This document shows positions 39,372-47,846 of a DNA stretch of 64,000 bases, piece by piece. The notes below the pieces were generated by a model. The model ran no database searches. It was not told the DNA's origin and was given only the letters and a program-made list of their open reading frames with translations. The DNA is taken from the NCBI GenBank assembly GCA_037440465.1, contig JBBIUB010000001.1, positions 140,105 through 204,104 on the forward strand. The letters run 5' to 3'. Origin of the DNA: Coprothermobacterota bacterium. Its GTDB lineage: Bacteria; Coprothermobacterota; HKB111. How positions within the stretch are numbered: the stretch's first letter is position 1; every line of letters begins with the position of its first letter. The translations under genes and the position numbers were made by a program.

Positions 39372-39426
39372 CCTCCCTATGGTCTAATCAGTCTTTCCTT
39401 ATTATTGATTCAGGAAAGACAGGGTT
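39372..39426 (-). promoter_or_regulatory. Putative S6:S18 ribosomal leader RNA
   Basis: Hairpin GTCTTTCCT/AGGAAAGAC flanked by CCCT and AGACCA just before SD AGGGAGG of rpsF. Confidence 0.5.
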
Positions 39427-39515
39427 ATATATCGTAATATTATATCACCTCTTCACCCCTAACAACCGGGTATTAAGAAATCTGGCTCTTCTTTCATATA
39501 GTTGTTGAACTGAAA

Positions 39516-39550
39516 GGATTCAAGGGGTCAGGGATTCAAGGATTCAAGTG
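39516..39550. repeat. Octamer tandem repeat (GGATTCAA x3 plus GGGGTCAG)
   Basis: GGATTCAA GGGGTCAG GGATTCAA GGATTCAA GTG. Confidence 0.75.
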
Positions 39551-39586
39551 TTTTCCAAAATCTATAACTTTTTCTAAGATTATCTC

Positions 39587-39662
39587 TCGTCACTCGTCAC
39601 AAGTCACAGATTTTCAGTCACCTGTCACCCATTATGCTTCACCCATCACTTGTCACTCGTTG
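39587..39662. repeat. Family C heptamer array 3' of tRNA-Gln
   Basis: TCGTCAC TCGTCAC AAGTCAC AGATTTTC AGTCAC CTGTCAC CCATTAT... Confidence 0.8.
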
Positions 39663-39675
39663 CTCTAATCTAAGC

Positions 39676-39749
39676 TGGCTGGGGAGGATGGATTCGAACC
39701 ACCATTAAAGGATCCAGAGTCCCCCGTCCTACCGTTAGACGACACCCCA
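39676..39749 (-). tRNA. tRNA-Gln(CTG)
   Basis: TGGGGTGTCGTCTAACGGTAGGAC-GGGGA-CTCTGGA-TCCTT...GGTTCGAATCC...CCCCAGCCA. Confidence 0.94.
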
Positions 39750-39757
39750 GTTATATC

Positions 39758-39938
39758 CGTAACGAGTGATCTGTAATCTGTAATGCGTGATCGGTAATCC
39801 ATAACGCGTAATATGTAATGTGTAATCTGCAACATATTATATCTGATTCCTCATCTTTATACTCGTTATCCATTACTTGTCACCCCTCACAGTTTTTCCA
39901 TCACTCATCACGGCTTTCCTGTCATTCGTTACTCGTCA
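39758..39938. repeat. Family C heptamer inverted arrays 5' of tRNA-Gln
   Basis: CGTAACG AGTGATC TGTAATC TGTAATG CGTGATC GGTAATC..., then TCGTTAT CCATTAC TTGTCAC...TCGTTAC TCGTCA. Confidence 0.8.
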
Positions 39939-40008
39939 TATTATTAAATTATACGCATTATAATTATAACAGGTAGAGGCAATAGGATATAGAAAATAAT
40001 AAATTGAG

Positions 40009-41883
40009 ATGAACAAGAAAAATAAAACGATAAATATAACAAGTATTGAAGATATAATTCTTTTCCTTGAAACAATAGCTTTTCTCCACGACATAGGAAA
40101 AATAAGCAGTTCCTTTGTAATTTCTAAAGCATCTGATGGTTTTAGGGAAGATATTCATGCCCTTTTACCTCTCAAAGATCAACATCCAAGCTCCCTTAGT
40201 AATAAATTAAATATTCAAAATCTACATAACAACCAATATTTTAATGGTGAGATATTGCCTTTCTCCCTAATCTGTGCTCATCACGGTTGCGACCGTTGTT
40301 TAGAACCATGTAAAGATAAGGAGAAAAACAATCTTGTATCCATACTTAGACTGGCTGACCAAAAAACTTCAGAAGAAGAAAAAGGTCTTCTAATAGACAC
40401 TTATCGACAACCAATGAATGCAACATATCTCTCCACACTTTTTGGACGAGAAAAAAAGCTTTCTCTTCAAAAATTAGATAAGGATAGAGAGATCCTCTGG
40501 CAATTTCTTAATAAGGCTTTTCAAACTCAGAAGATATCATTTTTAAGAAAAAAGGTACTTAGATTCAGTAAACCTTTTTATACTCGCTCTCCTTCAGAAA
40601 CTCGTAGGCCAGGAAACGATATTTGCCTATGGGATCATTCTGTGTCTGTAGCTACTTACTTCAAGATAGCCCTCTATGAAATTTTTAAATCAGGTAAAAA
40701 TATGTCATCTTTATCTGTGATACCATTTATTTTTTTAAAGGTTCGGGAAGAAGGGGAAGCCTTCAGAAAACTAATTGAAGAAGAGGAAACATCCGGTAAC
40801 TTAGTATTAGAAATTTACCCATATGAGATTTACGTCATATCTAAATCCTTTGCAGAAGAAAAAGATAAATGGCTTAAAAATCTAAAAAACGATGAATACT
40901 ATTTATCGTATAATATTCAAGACCTTCTCCCCTACTTTCCTAATTTATTAAAGGAAATAAGTAATAAACACCCTAAATTTTTAGTTTTTGATATCAATTA
41001 TATGCTAAAAAATATTCCTTCTCTTATGGTCACTCATCCCCTTGATAAAAAGAATCATCTGGAAGCATGTTTATTGTTTGAAAATATATTATCTTTTAAT
41101 CTATACAGAGAACAAAAAGAAATTGAAGAAAAGGTGAAGAGTTTAAATAAACATTTAACGAATCTTAGGAAGGGAAGGCTGGAGGGTGATAGGCTTAAAG
41201 AATATCGCGAAAAAATGAAAATATTTTTATCTCTAAAAAAAGACCTCCATATCTTAAATAAACATCATTTTAAACCTGAAATACCTTCTGAAGAAATCTC
41301 GAAAAAACGACAAATAAACTATGATTTACCCTTACTTTCCATTTATAAAAGGTGGTTCCAAACTTCTCAGGCTATATCTTTCAAAGATTATGCGCTATAT
41401 AGTCTTTTCAGAAGAGAAAGCTCCCTTACTTTAGCTATAACACTTTGTCGGGAGGTAAATACATTACTCAATAAAATTGTCAGATTCTTGAGTACCAAGT
41501 ATAACAAAAAAAGTAAAACTTTATTTCCTTTTCTATTTCCTGTATCAACCTTAGAGAAAAAAGAAATCGAGGAAATCAGGAATATGGTAATTACTTGGAG
41601 TGGAAAATTTTATGGTTTTACTCCTTGTTATATTCATAATAATAAAATAGACCTTCCAAATTTTGACAACACTTTTTCTTTTTATCATCTTAAAGAGAAG
41701 AGAATCTTAAAAAAACATCTTTTAATGTCTTTTGATGAAGGAACAAAAATCAAATTACCACTTTTATTAGGAAATGATGAGATAGATATATTCAGACTAT
41801 ATAGAGAAGATGAAAAAAGGAAACTTATACACTTAATGGACGCAGAAAAAGGGTCTTGTATTAATTTTGGTATAATATCCTGA
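40009..41883 (+). CDS. Stand-alone Csx11/Cas10-like protein with permuted HD domain; shortened, no GGDD
   Basis: FLHDIGK, CAHHG, LRLADQKTS, STLFGRE and ETRRPGNDICLWDHS.SVA..FK resemble the Csx11-type ETRRP.ND.TLWDHS signature. Confidence 0.7.
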   Translation: MNKKNKTINITSIEDIILFLETIAFLHDIGKISSSFVISKASDGFREDIHALLPLKDQHPSSLSNKLNIQNLHNNQYFNGEILPFSLICAHHGCDRCLEPCKDKEKNNLVSILRLADQKTSEEEKGLLIDTYRQPMNATYLSTLFGREKKLSLQKLDKDREILWQFLNKAFQTQKISFLRKKVLRFSKPFYTRSPSETRRPGNDICLWDHSVSVATYFKIALYEIFKSGKNMSSLSVIPFIFLKVREEGEAFRKLIEEEETSGNLVLEIYPYEIYVISKSFAEEKDKWLKNLKNDEYYLSYNIQDLLPYFPNLLKEISNKHPKFLVFDINYMLKNIPSLMVTHPLDKKNHLEACLLFENILSFNLYREQKEIEEKVKSLNKHLTNLRKGRLEGDRLKEYREKMKIFLSLKKDLHILNKHHFKPEIPSEEISKKRQINYDLPLLSIYKRWFQTSQAISFKDYALYSLFRRESSLTLAITLCREVNTLLNKIVRFLSTKYNKKSKTLFPFLFPVSTLEKKEIEEIRNMVITWSGKFYGFTPCYIHNNKIDLPNFDNTFSFYHLKEKRILKKHLLMSFDEGTKIKLPLLLGNDEIDIFRLYREDEKRKLIHLMDAEKGSCINFGIIS

Positions 41884-42301
41884 AATTAAATAAAAGCGCA
41901 ACCAAAGTCTTGGCATCTTTAATTTCACCTTTATTCATTAGATTTATAAGGTCTTTCGGATCATATGTCAAAACTTCTTCAACTTCAGTAGGTTCTCTTA
42001 CCTTTATCAGACCTTCAGCTTTATATAGATACATTCTCTCTGAAGAATAACCGGGAGAAAGATAAAAAGACAAGAGAAATACCATATTAGATGCTCTATA
42101 ACCTGTTTCTTCTTCTAATTCTCTGGCAGCAGCCCTCTCTGGAGTTTCCCCTGCCTCTACCCAACCAGCTGGAAGCTCAAGAAGATGGGAAGATGTTGCT
42201 GGGCGATAGTTTTTGACCATAAGAACCTTATCATCAATTTTAGCGAGCACAACTACAGATTCAGGTAGGTCAACTATCTCCCGGTCATCTTTAATTATCA
42301 A
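41861..42301 (-). CDS. NUDIX hydrolase (ADP-ribose pyrophosphatase-like); true start may be upstream
   Basis: ELPAG..E.GETPE.AA.RELEEETG Nudix box, SPGYS.E, DAKT. Confidence 0.92.
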   Translation of the reverse strand: MIIKDDREIVDLPESVVVLAKIDDKVLMVKNYRPATSSHLLELPAGWVEAGETPERAAARELEEETGYRASNMVFLLSFYLSPGYSSERMYLYKAEGLIKVREPTEVEEVLTYDPKDLINLMNKGEIKDAKTLVALLFNFRILYQN

Positions 42302-42352
42302 TCGTAGAAAATTACCCTTATATAACTCATTCCCGACAGAGTTTTCTATTGT

Positions 42353-42889
42353 TTATTCCCCTGATTCCCAGCCTAACTTTAATGCCTCTTGATTAGCTTT
42401 TACCACACTCTCTCCTCTGTGAGAAAAGAACTCCTTGAGTATCTCACTAACCGTTGTCATAGAAAGGATTGGAAGTTCTTTTAGTAATCTCCCGAGAAGG
42501 ACTATGTTAGAGGCTCTCTCCTCTCCTGCTTGTCTTGCCATGGTCAGAGCATCTAATTCTACTATCTTAATATCTTCTCTCTCAGGCTTTCTGGTCACAA
42601 GAGATTTATTTACAAGAAGAAGTCCACCCTTTTTTAACCAGGGTTCAAATTTATCGAGAGATGGTTGGTTTAAAACAACTACCACATCTGGGTCAGAAGA
42701 GATTGGAGAAGCCACTTCTTCATCTCCTAAAACTACTGTGCAATATGCCGTTCCTCCCCTTTGCTCTGGTCCATAAGCAGGAAACCATGTGGTATATTTT
42801 TCTTCTTTAAGAGCTCCATAACTCAAGATTTGACCAAAAGCCAGAACGCCCTGTCCACCAAAGCCTGAAATTATAATCTCGTAGTTCAC
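42353..42889 (-). CDS. 2-oxoacid:ferredoxin oxidoreductase gamma subunit
   Basis: SGFGGQG, PAYGPEQRGG, NIVLLG. Confidence 0.93.
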   Translation of the reverse strand: MNYEIIISGFGGQGVLAFGQILSYGALKEEKYTTWFPAYGPEQRGGTAYCTVVLGDEEVASPISSDPDVVVVLNQPSLDKFEPWLKKGGLLLVNKSLVTRKPEREDIKIVELDALTMARQAGEERASNIVLLGRLLKELPILSMTTVSEILKEFFSHRGESVVKANQEALKLGWESGE

Positions 42890-43626
42890 TCTTCTCCTCC
42901 TTTATAAACACCAAGAGGGAATTCTACAACCATTTTTTCCTTAATGAAATTAATCGATTCAACTACACTCATACCCCAATTAGTAGGACAGTTACTTAGG
43001 AACTCTACTATAGAGAAACCCTTACCTTCTAACTGATTCATAAAAGCTTTTTTAACAGCTTTTTTACTAGCAAGAATAGTTTTAGGGTCATAAGTGGCTA
43101 CACGGGCAGAGTAAACAACACCCTTAAAATTGCTCATAAGTTCCGCTATGTGAAATGGATGCCCTTCTCTTTTGACATCCCTGCCATATGGTGAAGTGGT
43201 GGTATGTTGACCAAGTAAAGTGGTTGGCGCCATCTGACCACCTGTCATACCATAATTAGCGTTGTTAATAAAAATAGTAGTCAGGTTCTCACCACGGTTT
43301 GCAGCATGGATTATTTCAGCCATTCCTATAGATGCCAGGTCACCATCACCTTGATAAGTAAATACCACTCTGTCAGGGAATACTCTTTTAATACCGGTTG
43401 CAGTTGCAGGGGCACGGCCATGAGGTGCAACTATGAAATCCAGTTTAAAATAATCATAGATAAAAACCGCACAACCTATGGGTGCAATTCCAATGGTTCT
43501 TCCCTGGATTCCAAGTTCGTCAATAGCTTCAGCAACCAGGCGATGAGAAATACCATGATGACAACCAGAACAATAATGAGTAAGTTTATCCTCCATAACT
43601 ACAGGTCGAGCGTATATTGTTTTCAT
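42886..43626 (-). CDS. 2-oxoacid:ferredoxin oxidoreductase beta (TPP-binding) subunit
   Basis: HYCSGC, HGRAPA, YQGDGD, NNANYGMTGGQMAPTT, CPTNWG. Confidence 0.94.
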   Translation of the reverse strand: MKTIYARPVVMEDKLTHYCSGCHHGISHRLVAEAIDELGIQGRTIGIAPIGCAVFIYDYFKLDFIVAPHGRAPATATGIKRVFPDRVVFTYQGDGDLASIGMAEIIHAANRGENLTTIFINNANYGMTGGQMAPTTLLGQHTTTSPYGRDVKREGHPFHIAELMSNFKGVVYSARVATYDPKTILASKKAVKKAFMNQLEGKGFSIVEFLSNCPTNWGMSVVESINFIKEKMVVEFPLGVYKGGEE

Positions 43627-43634
43627 ATATCCTC

Positions 43635-44702
43635 CTAAAAATCTAAAAGGGACATAGTCTCTTTTACTTTCTGAACAATATCCTTAGGAGTTGGTACCAT
43701 CCCACCTGGTCTTCCATAGAAGAAAACAGGTCTCCTGTCTCCCACTGCCAGGCGAACATCTTCTACCATTTGACCAGCGCTCATCTCAACCACAAGAAAC
43801 GCTTCTACTTGCGGAACCAACTCTACTAATATTCCATAAGGAAAAGGCCAGAGAGTTATGGGTCTTACCAGACCTACTGGAACCTTTTCCTCTCTTAAAG
43901 CTTTTACAGCAGATTTAGTTATTCGACCTGAAGTTCCAAAAGCCACAATGATATACTCAGCGTCATCTGTGTAATATTCTTCCCATCTAACTTCTTCTTT
44001 GATTATCTGATCGTATTTCTTCTGTAACCTCCAGTTAATCTCTTCCAATTTCTCTGGCACCATCTCAAAAGCCATTGCGAGGTTTTTTTCCCTTCCTAAT
44101 GCGCCTGTTAAAGCCCACGGTTTATTTGGAAGATTCTCAAGTTTTACTTCTTCTGGCAAGACAACTGGTTCCATCATTTGACCAAGAGCACCATCAGCCA
44201 GTAACACCACAGGATTCCTGTATTTATCAGCAAGGTCAAAAGCTAATACTGTTAAATCAACAAGTTCTTTAACAGTAGACGGTCCAAAAACAATATTCCT
44301 GTAATCACCGTGACCTCCTCCTTTAGTAGCCTGAAAATAATCAGACTGGGCAGGAGCTATATTACCTAACCCTGGTCCTCCCCTCATTATATTAGCTATC
44401 ACACAAGGTAACTCCATTCCACTCAAATATGAAATACCTTCAACCATTAAACTAAAACCAGGGCTGGAGGTTGTAGTCATAACTCGTGCTCCTGCAGCTG
44501 AAGCACCCATGACCATATTTATTGAAGCAGTCTCACTTTCACCCTGTAAAAATACTCCACCTACCTGAGGTAGTCTCTTAGACATATATTCTGGGGTTTC
44601 ATTCTGAGGTGTTATAGGATAACCAAAAAAATACCTACAACCAGCTTTTATAGCTGCCTCAGCAACAGCTTCTACCCCCTTGAAAAGAATTCTTTCGCTC
44701 AT
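43635..44702 (-). CDS. 2-oxoacid:ferredoxin oxidoreductase alpha subunit (2-ketoisovalerate / VOR-type)
   Basis: GYPITPQ, ESE, SSPGFSL, RGGPGLG, GGGHGDY, EMSAGQMVEDV. Confidence 0.94.
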   Translation of the reverse strand: MSERILFKGVEAVAEAAIKAGCRYFFGYPITPQNETPEYMSKRLPQVGGVFLQGESETASINMVMGASAAGARVMTTTSSPGFSLMVEGISYLSGMELPCVIANIMRGGPGLGNIAPAQSDYFQATKGGGHGDYRNIVFGPSTVKELVDLTVLAFDLADKYRNPVVLLADGALGQMMEPVVLPEEVKLENLPNKPWALTGALGREKNLAMAFEMVPEKLEEINWRLQKKYDQIIKEEVRWEEYYTDDAEYIIVAFGTSGRITKSAVKALREEKVPVGLVRPITLWPFPYGILVELVPQVEAFLVVEMSAGQMVEDVRLAVGDRRPVFFYGRPGGMVPTPKDIVQKVKETMSLLDF

Positions 44703-44704
44703 CT

Positions 44705-44926
44705 TTATTCCTCCGATTTCTCTTGTTTATAAACATCAAAGACCATGTCAGGGCAGACAATATAACAAAAACCACACGATATACAACCATCTTCATTTAA
44801 GAGTTCTACTGGATGATAACCTCTCGAGTTTATATCTTTTGATAAACCCAACACACTATTAGGACACACTTCCACGCATAAGCTACAAGCTTTACAGTAC
44901 TCTTCTCTGATTTTTAATTTAGACAC
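44705..44926 (-). CDS. 2x[4Fe-4S] ferredoxin (oxidoreductase delta subunit)
   Basis: CKACSLCVEVCP and CISCGFCYIVCP. Confidence 0.94.
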   Translation of the reverse strand: MSKLKIREEYCKACSLCVEVCPNSVLGLSKDINSRGYHPVELLNEDGCISCGFCYIVCPDMVFDVYKQEKSEE

Positions 44927-44939
44927 AAGCTGCTCCTCC

Positions 44940-46007
44940 TTAACTATATACTTTAGCTTTTTCTAAACCTATAAGTACCCTTAAAGCGCCCTCGGCTAAG
45001 GCTTTCATTTCGTCCTCTCCGGGGTAAACTAATATTGGTGCTATAAAAGAAACTATCTCTTTGAGACGACCAGTTATGTAAGAAGATCTGGAAAGCCCGC
45101 CACTTATTACTATGGCATCTACTTTTCCCTTTAAGACAGTAGCCATTGCTCCAATTTCTTTAGCTATCTGGTAAATCATCGCTTCGTAAATAAGCTTAGC
45201 ATAAGTGTCTCCTTTTCTTATTCTTTCCTCTACTTCCTGAGCACTATTGGTACCAAGATAAGCTACCAAACCTCCCCTACCAGTTATTTTCTGCAGCATC
45301 TCTTCTTGAGAGTATTTGTTAGAAAAGCAAAGTTTAACAAGATCTCCAACAGGCAAACCCCCGCTTCTTTCTGGCGTAAAAGGTCCATCACCATTAAAAG
45401 CATTATTTACATCCACCACATTTCCTTTTTCGTGAACACCTATAGATATTCCACCGCCCATGTGCACTACTATCATGTTTACTTCTGAGTAATCCCTTCC
45501 TAAAAAATCAGATGCACGCCTAGCTACAGCTTTTTGATTTAATGCATGAAATATACTCCTTCTATTTATATCAAGCATACCAGAAATTCTTGCTATTTCC
45601 TTAAGTTCGTCTACTACAACCGGATCAACAATAAAAGCTGGAATATCAACTTTTGTGGCAAGCATATGTGCTAAAATTCCTCCAAGGTTGGAAGGATGTT
45701 CTCCTTGAACCCCCATTCTAAGATCATTTAACATAACTTCGTTTACTATGTAAATTCCACTTGTCAAAGGTTTAAGCAAACCACCTACCCCAACAACTGC
45801 TGATAATTCATCCAGTTCATATCTATGTTCTTTTAAAAATGACATTATCATTGACATTCTAAAATCAATTTGATCAATTACCCGGGGGAATGTTTTTAAT
45901 TCTTCAATAGAATGTCTGAGCGTTTTTAAAGCTACTCCTTCTTCATCTTCAAATACTGCAATTTTGGTAGAAGTAGAGCCAGGGTTAATGACAAGTACCG
46001 TGAACAT
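44940..46007 (-). CDS. buk: Butyrate / branched-chain carboxylate kinase
   Basis: INPGSTSTK, HPSNLG, DPVVVDE, HALNQK, HMGGGIS, PGEDEM. Confidence 0.96.
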   Translation of the reverse strand: MFTVLVINPGSTSTKIAVFEDEEGVALKTLRHSIEELKTFPRVIDQIDFRMSMIMSFLKEHRYELDELSAVVGVGGLLKPLTSGIYIVNEVMLNDLRMGVQGEHPSNLGGILAHMLATKVDIPAFIVDPVVVDELKEIARISGMLDINRRSIFHALNQKAVARRASDFLGRDYSEVNMIVVHMGGGISIGVHEKGNVVDVNNAFNGDGPFTPERSGGLPVGDLVKLCFSNKYSQEEMLQKITGRGGLVAYLGTNSAQEVEERIRKGDTYAKLIYEAMIYQIAKEIGAMATVLKGKVDAIVISGGLSRSSYITGRLKEIVSFIAPILVYPGEDEMKALAEGALRVLIGLEKAKVYS

Positions 46008-46027
46008 TTTAGGCCTCCTTTATAAAA

Positions 46028-46939
46028 TTATTCACCATCAAAACTATCTTTTTTCATAGCAATTAAGACCCCCAGCGAAAGGGATACTAACTTACTTAAG
46101 GGAGAGTCTGCTCTTGAGGATAGAACTATGGGTTTATTAGCACCCAATACTACTCCTGCCATTACCCCGTTTGCCACAAAAGTAAATGATTTCCCAAGAA
46201 TATTCCCTGCTTCAATATCAGGTACCAAAAGAACGTCTGCTTCTCCAGCTACTTTACTCTTAATACCCTTATGCTCTGCAGCTTCTTTAGAAAGAGCACA
46301 ATCCAGAGCAAGTGGACCGTCAATGATGCATCCTTTTAACTGGCCTCTTTCGTTCATTTTACTTAATATTGCTGCATCTATGGTAGCTGGCATATTCTCG
46401 GATACTACCTCAACAGCTGCCAATACTGCCACTTTAGGCATCTCAATGTCTAATACCCTGGTGACTTCTAAAGCATTTAGGAGTATGTCAACTTTCTCTT
46501 TAAGAGTAGGAGAAATGTTCATACCACCATCAGTCAATATCAGCAAGCGGTTAATACCAGGTATCTCAAAAACAGCTACATGGGATAGAAGATTTCCTCT
46601 TCTAAGACCTTTATCTTTATCCAGAACAGCCTTTAGAAGGGAAGAAGTAGAAACACCGCCTTTCATTATCAAATTGGCTTTACCTTCTAATGCGAGTGAG
46701 ACTGCTACCTGACTCTCTTCTCCTTTTAAACACTCTACTATGTCATAATCGTTTATTCCTACGCTATTTGCACAATCCAAAATTCTGATTTTATTTCCTA
46801 CCAGAATTGGTTTAGCTATTCCAATTTCTTTAGCTTTCAACAAAGCTTTTAAAATATCGTCATCATCTCCACCTGCTACTGCTACAACAACATCAACTTT
46901 TCGTGTTCTTTCTAATATCTCTTTTAAACTTTTAAGCAT
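46028..46939 (-). CDS. ptb: Phosphate butyryltransferase (paralog 2)
   Basis: MKG...TS, LSHV, DGPLALD, VPDIEAGN, SRADS; start at MLKSLKE. Confidence 0.94.
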   Translation of the reverse strand: MLKSLKEILERTRKVDVVVAVAGGDDDDILKALLKAKEIGIAKPILVGNKIRILDCANSVGINDYDIVECLKGEESQVAVSLALEGKANLIMKGGVSTSSLLKAVLDKDKGLRRGNLLSHVAVFEIPGINRLLILTDGGMNISPTLKEKVDILLNALEVTRVLDIEMPKVAVLAAVEVVSENMPATIDAAILSKMNERGQLKGCIIDGPLALDCALSKEAAEHKGIKSKVAGEADVLLVPDIEAGNILGKSFTFVANGVMAGVVLGANKPIVLSSRADSPLSKLVSLSLGVLIAMKKDSFDGE

Positions 46940-47846
46940 ATAATCCTTCCAAAGAAAGTAAGGTAGCAAGTGCTATAGAATATAGCTTGGATTGATGTGA
47001 ATCTGCCCTTGAAGTTAGTATCACAGGTGATCTTGCTCCCATAACAACACCAGCGGTCTCTCCACGAGCTGCATAAATAAAAGATTTATAAAGGAAGTTA
47101 CCTGCTTCAATATCAGGTACCAAAAGAACGTCTGCTTCTCCAGCTACTTTACTCTTAATACCCTTATGCTCTGCAGCTTCTTTAGAAAGAGCACAATCCA
47201 GAGCAAGTGGACCGTCAATGATGCATCCTTTTAACTGGCCTCTTTCGTTCATTTTACTTAATATTGCTGCATCTATGGTAGCTGGCATATTCTCGGATAC
47301 TACCTCAACAGCTGCCAATACTGCCACTTTAGGCATCTCAATGTCTAATACCCTGGTGACTTCTAAAGCATTTAGGAGTATGTCAACTTTCTCTTTAAGA
47401 GTAGGAGAAATGTTCATAGCAGCGTCTGAAATTACGAGCAACCTTTTTATATTAGGAACTTCAAATATTCCAACATGAGAAAATAGCCTTCCTGTTCTAA
47501 GACCCTTATCTTTATCCAGGATTGCTTTTAAGAAAGTAGAAGTGAGAACCTGGCCTTTCATTACTATTTGCGATTTCCCTTCTGTAACTAAAGAAACTGC
47601 CAGATGAGATGAATCTTCAGTGTCGCTGCTGGGAACAATCTCAAAGGGAGAGATATCAAGGGAATGTAAATAAGCTGTATTTTTTATAAGCTCAGGGTTT
47701 CCTACAAGAAATCCATTTGCTATACCCAGTTTTTGGGCTTCAATTATAGCTCTTAGTATTTCTTCATCTTCAGCACCAGCTATTGTAACAACAGGTTTTT
47801 CTCTATTTTTGGTTTTTTCCAAAATTTCATTTAATGTGTTTATCAC
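46932..47846 (-). CDS. ptb: Phosphate butyryltransferase (paralog 1)
   Basis: MKGQVLT, DAAMNI, DGPLALD, LTSRADS. Confidence 0.94.
   Translation of the reverse strand: MINTLNEILEKTKNREKPVVTIAGAEDEEILRAIIEAQKLGIANGFLVGNPELIKNTAYLHSLDISPFEIVPSSDTEDSSHLAVSLVTEGKSQIVMKGQVLTSTFLKAILDKDKGLRTGRLFSHVGIFEVPNIKRLLVISDAAMNISPTLKEKVDILLNALEVTRVLDIEMPKVAVLAAVEVVSENMPATIDAAILSKMNERGQLKGCIIDGPLALDCALSKEAAEHKGIKSKVAGEADVLLVPDIEAGNFLYKSFIYAARGETAGVVMGARSPVILTSRADSHQSKLYSIALATLLSLEGLYA

Noticed and set aside
39587..39938. Heptamer arrays beside the Csx11-like gene as a cryptic CRISPR array
   Set aside because: The period is 7 bp with no unique spacers, and the same arrays occur far from this gene
39676..41883. 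tRNA-Gln-integrated island or prophage
   Set aside because: No integrase and no visible duplicated tRNA 3' end; the gene lies on the 5' side of the tRNA
46128..46712. 194-aa plus-strand ORF and the many other short antisense ORFs in the track (for example 29488-29973, 24659-24955, 34660-35034, 63255-63440)
   Set aside because: They are shadows of well-supported genes or repeats on the opposite strand, with no motifs of their own
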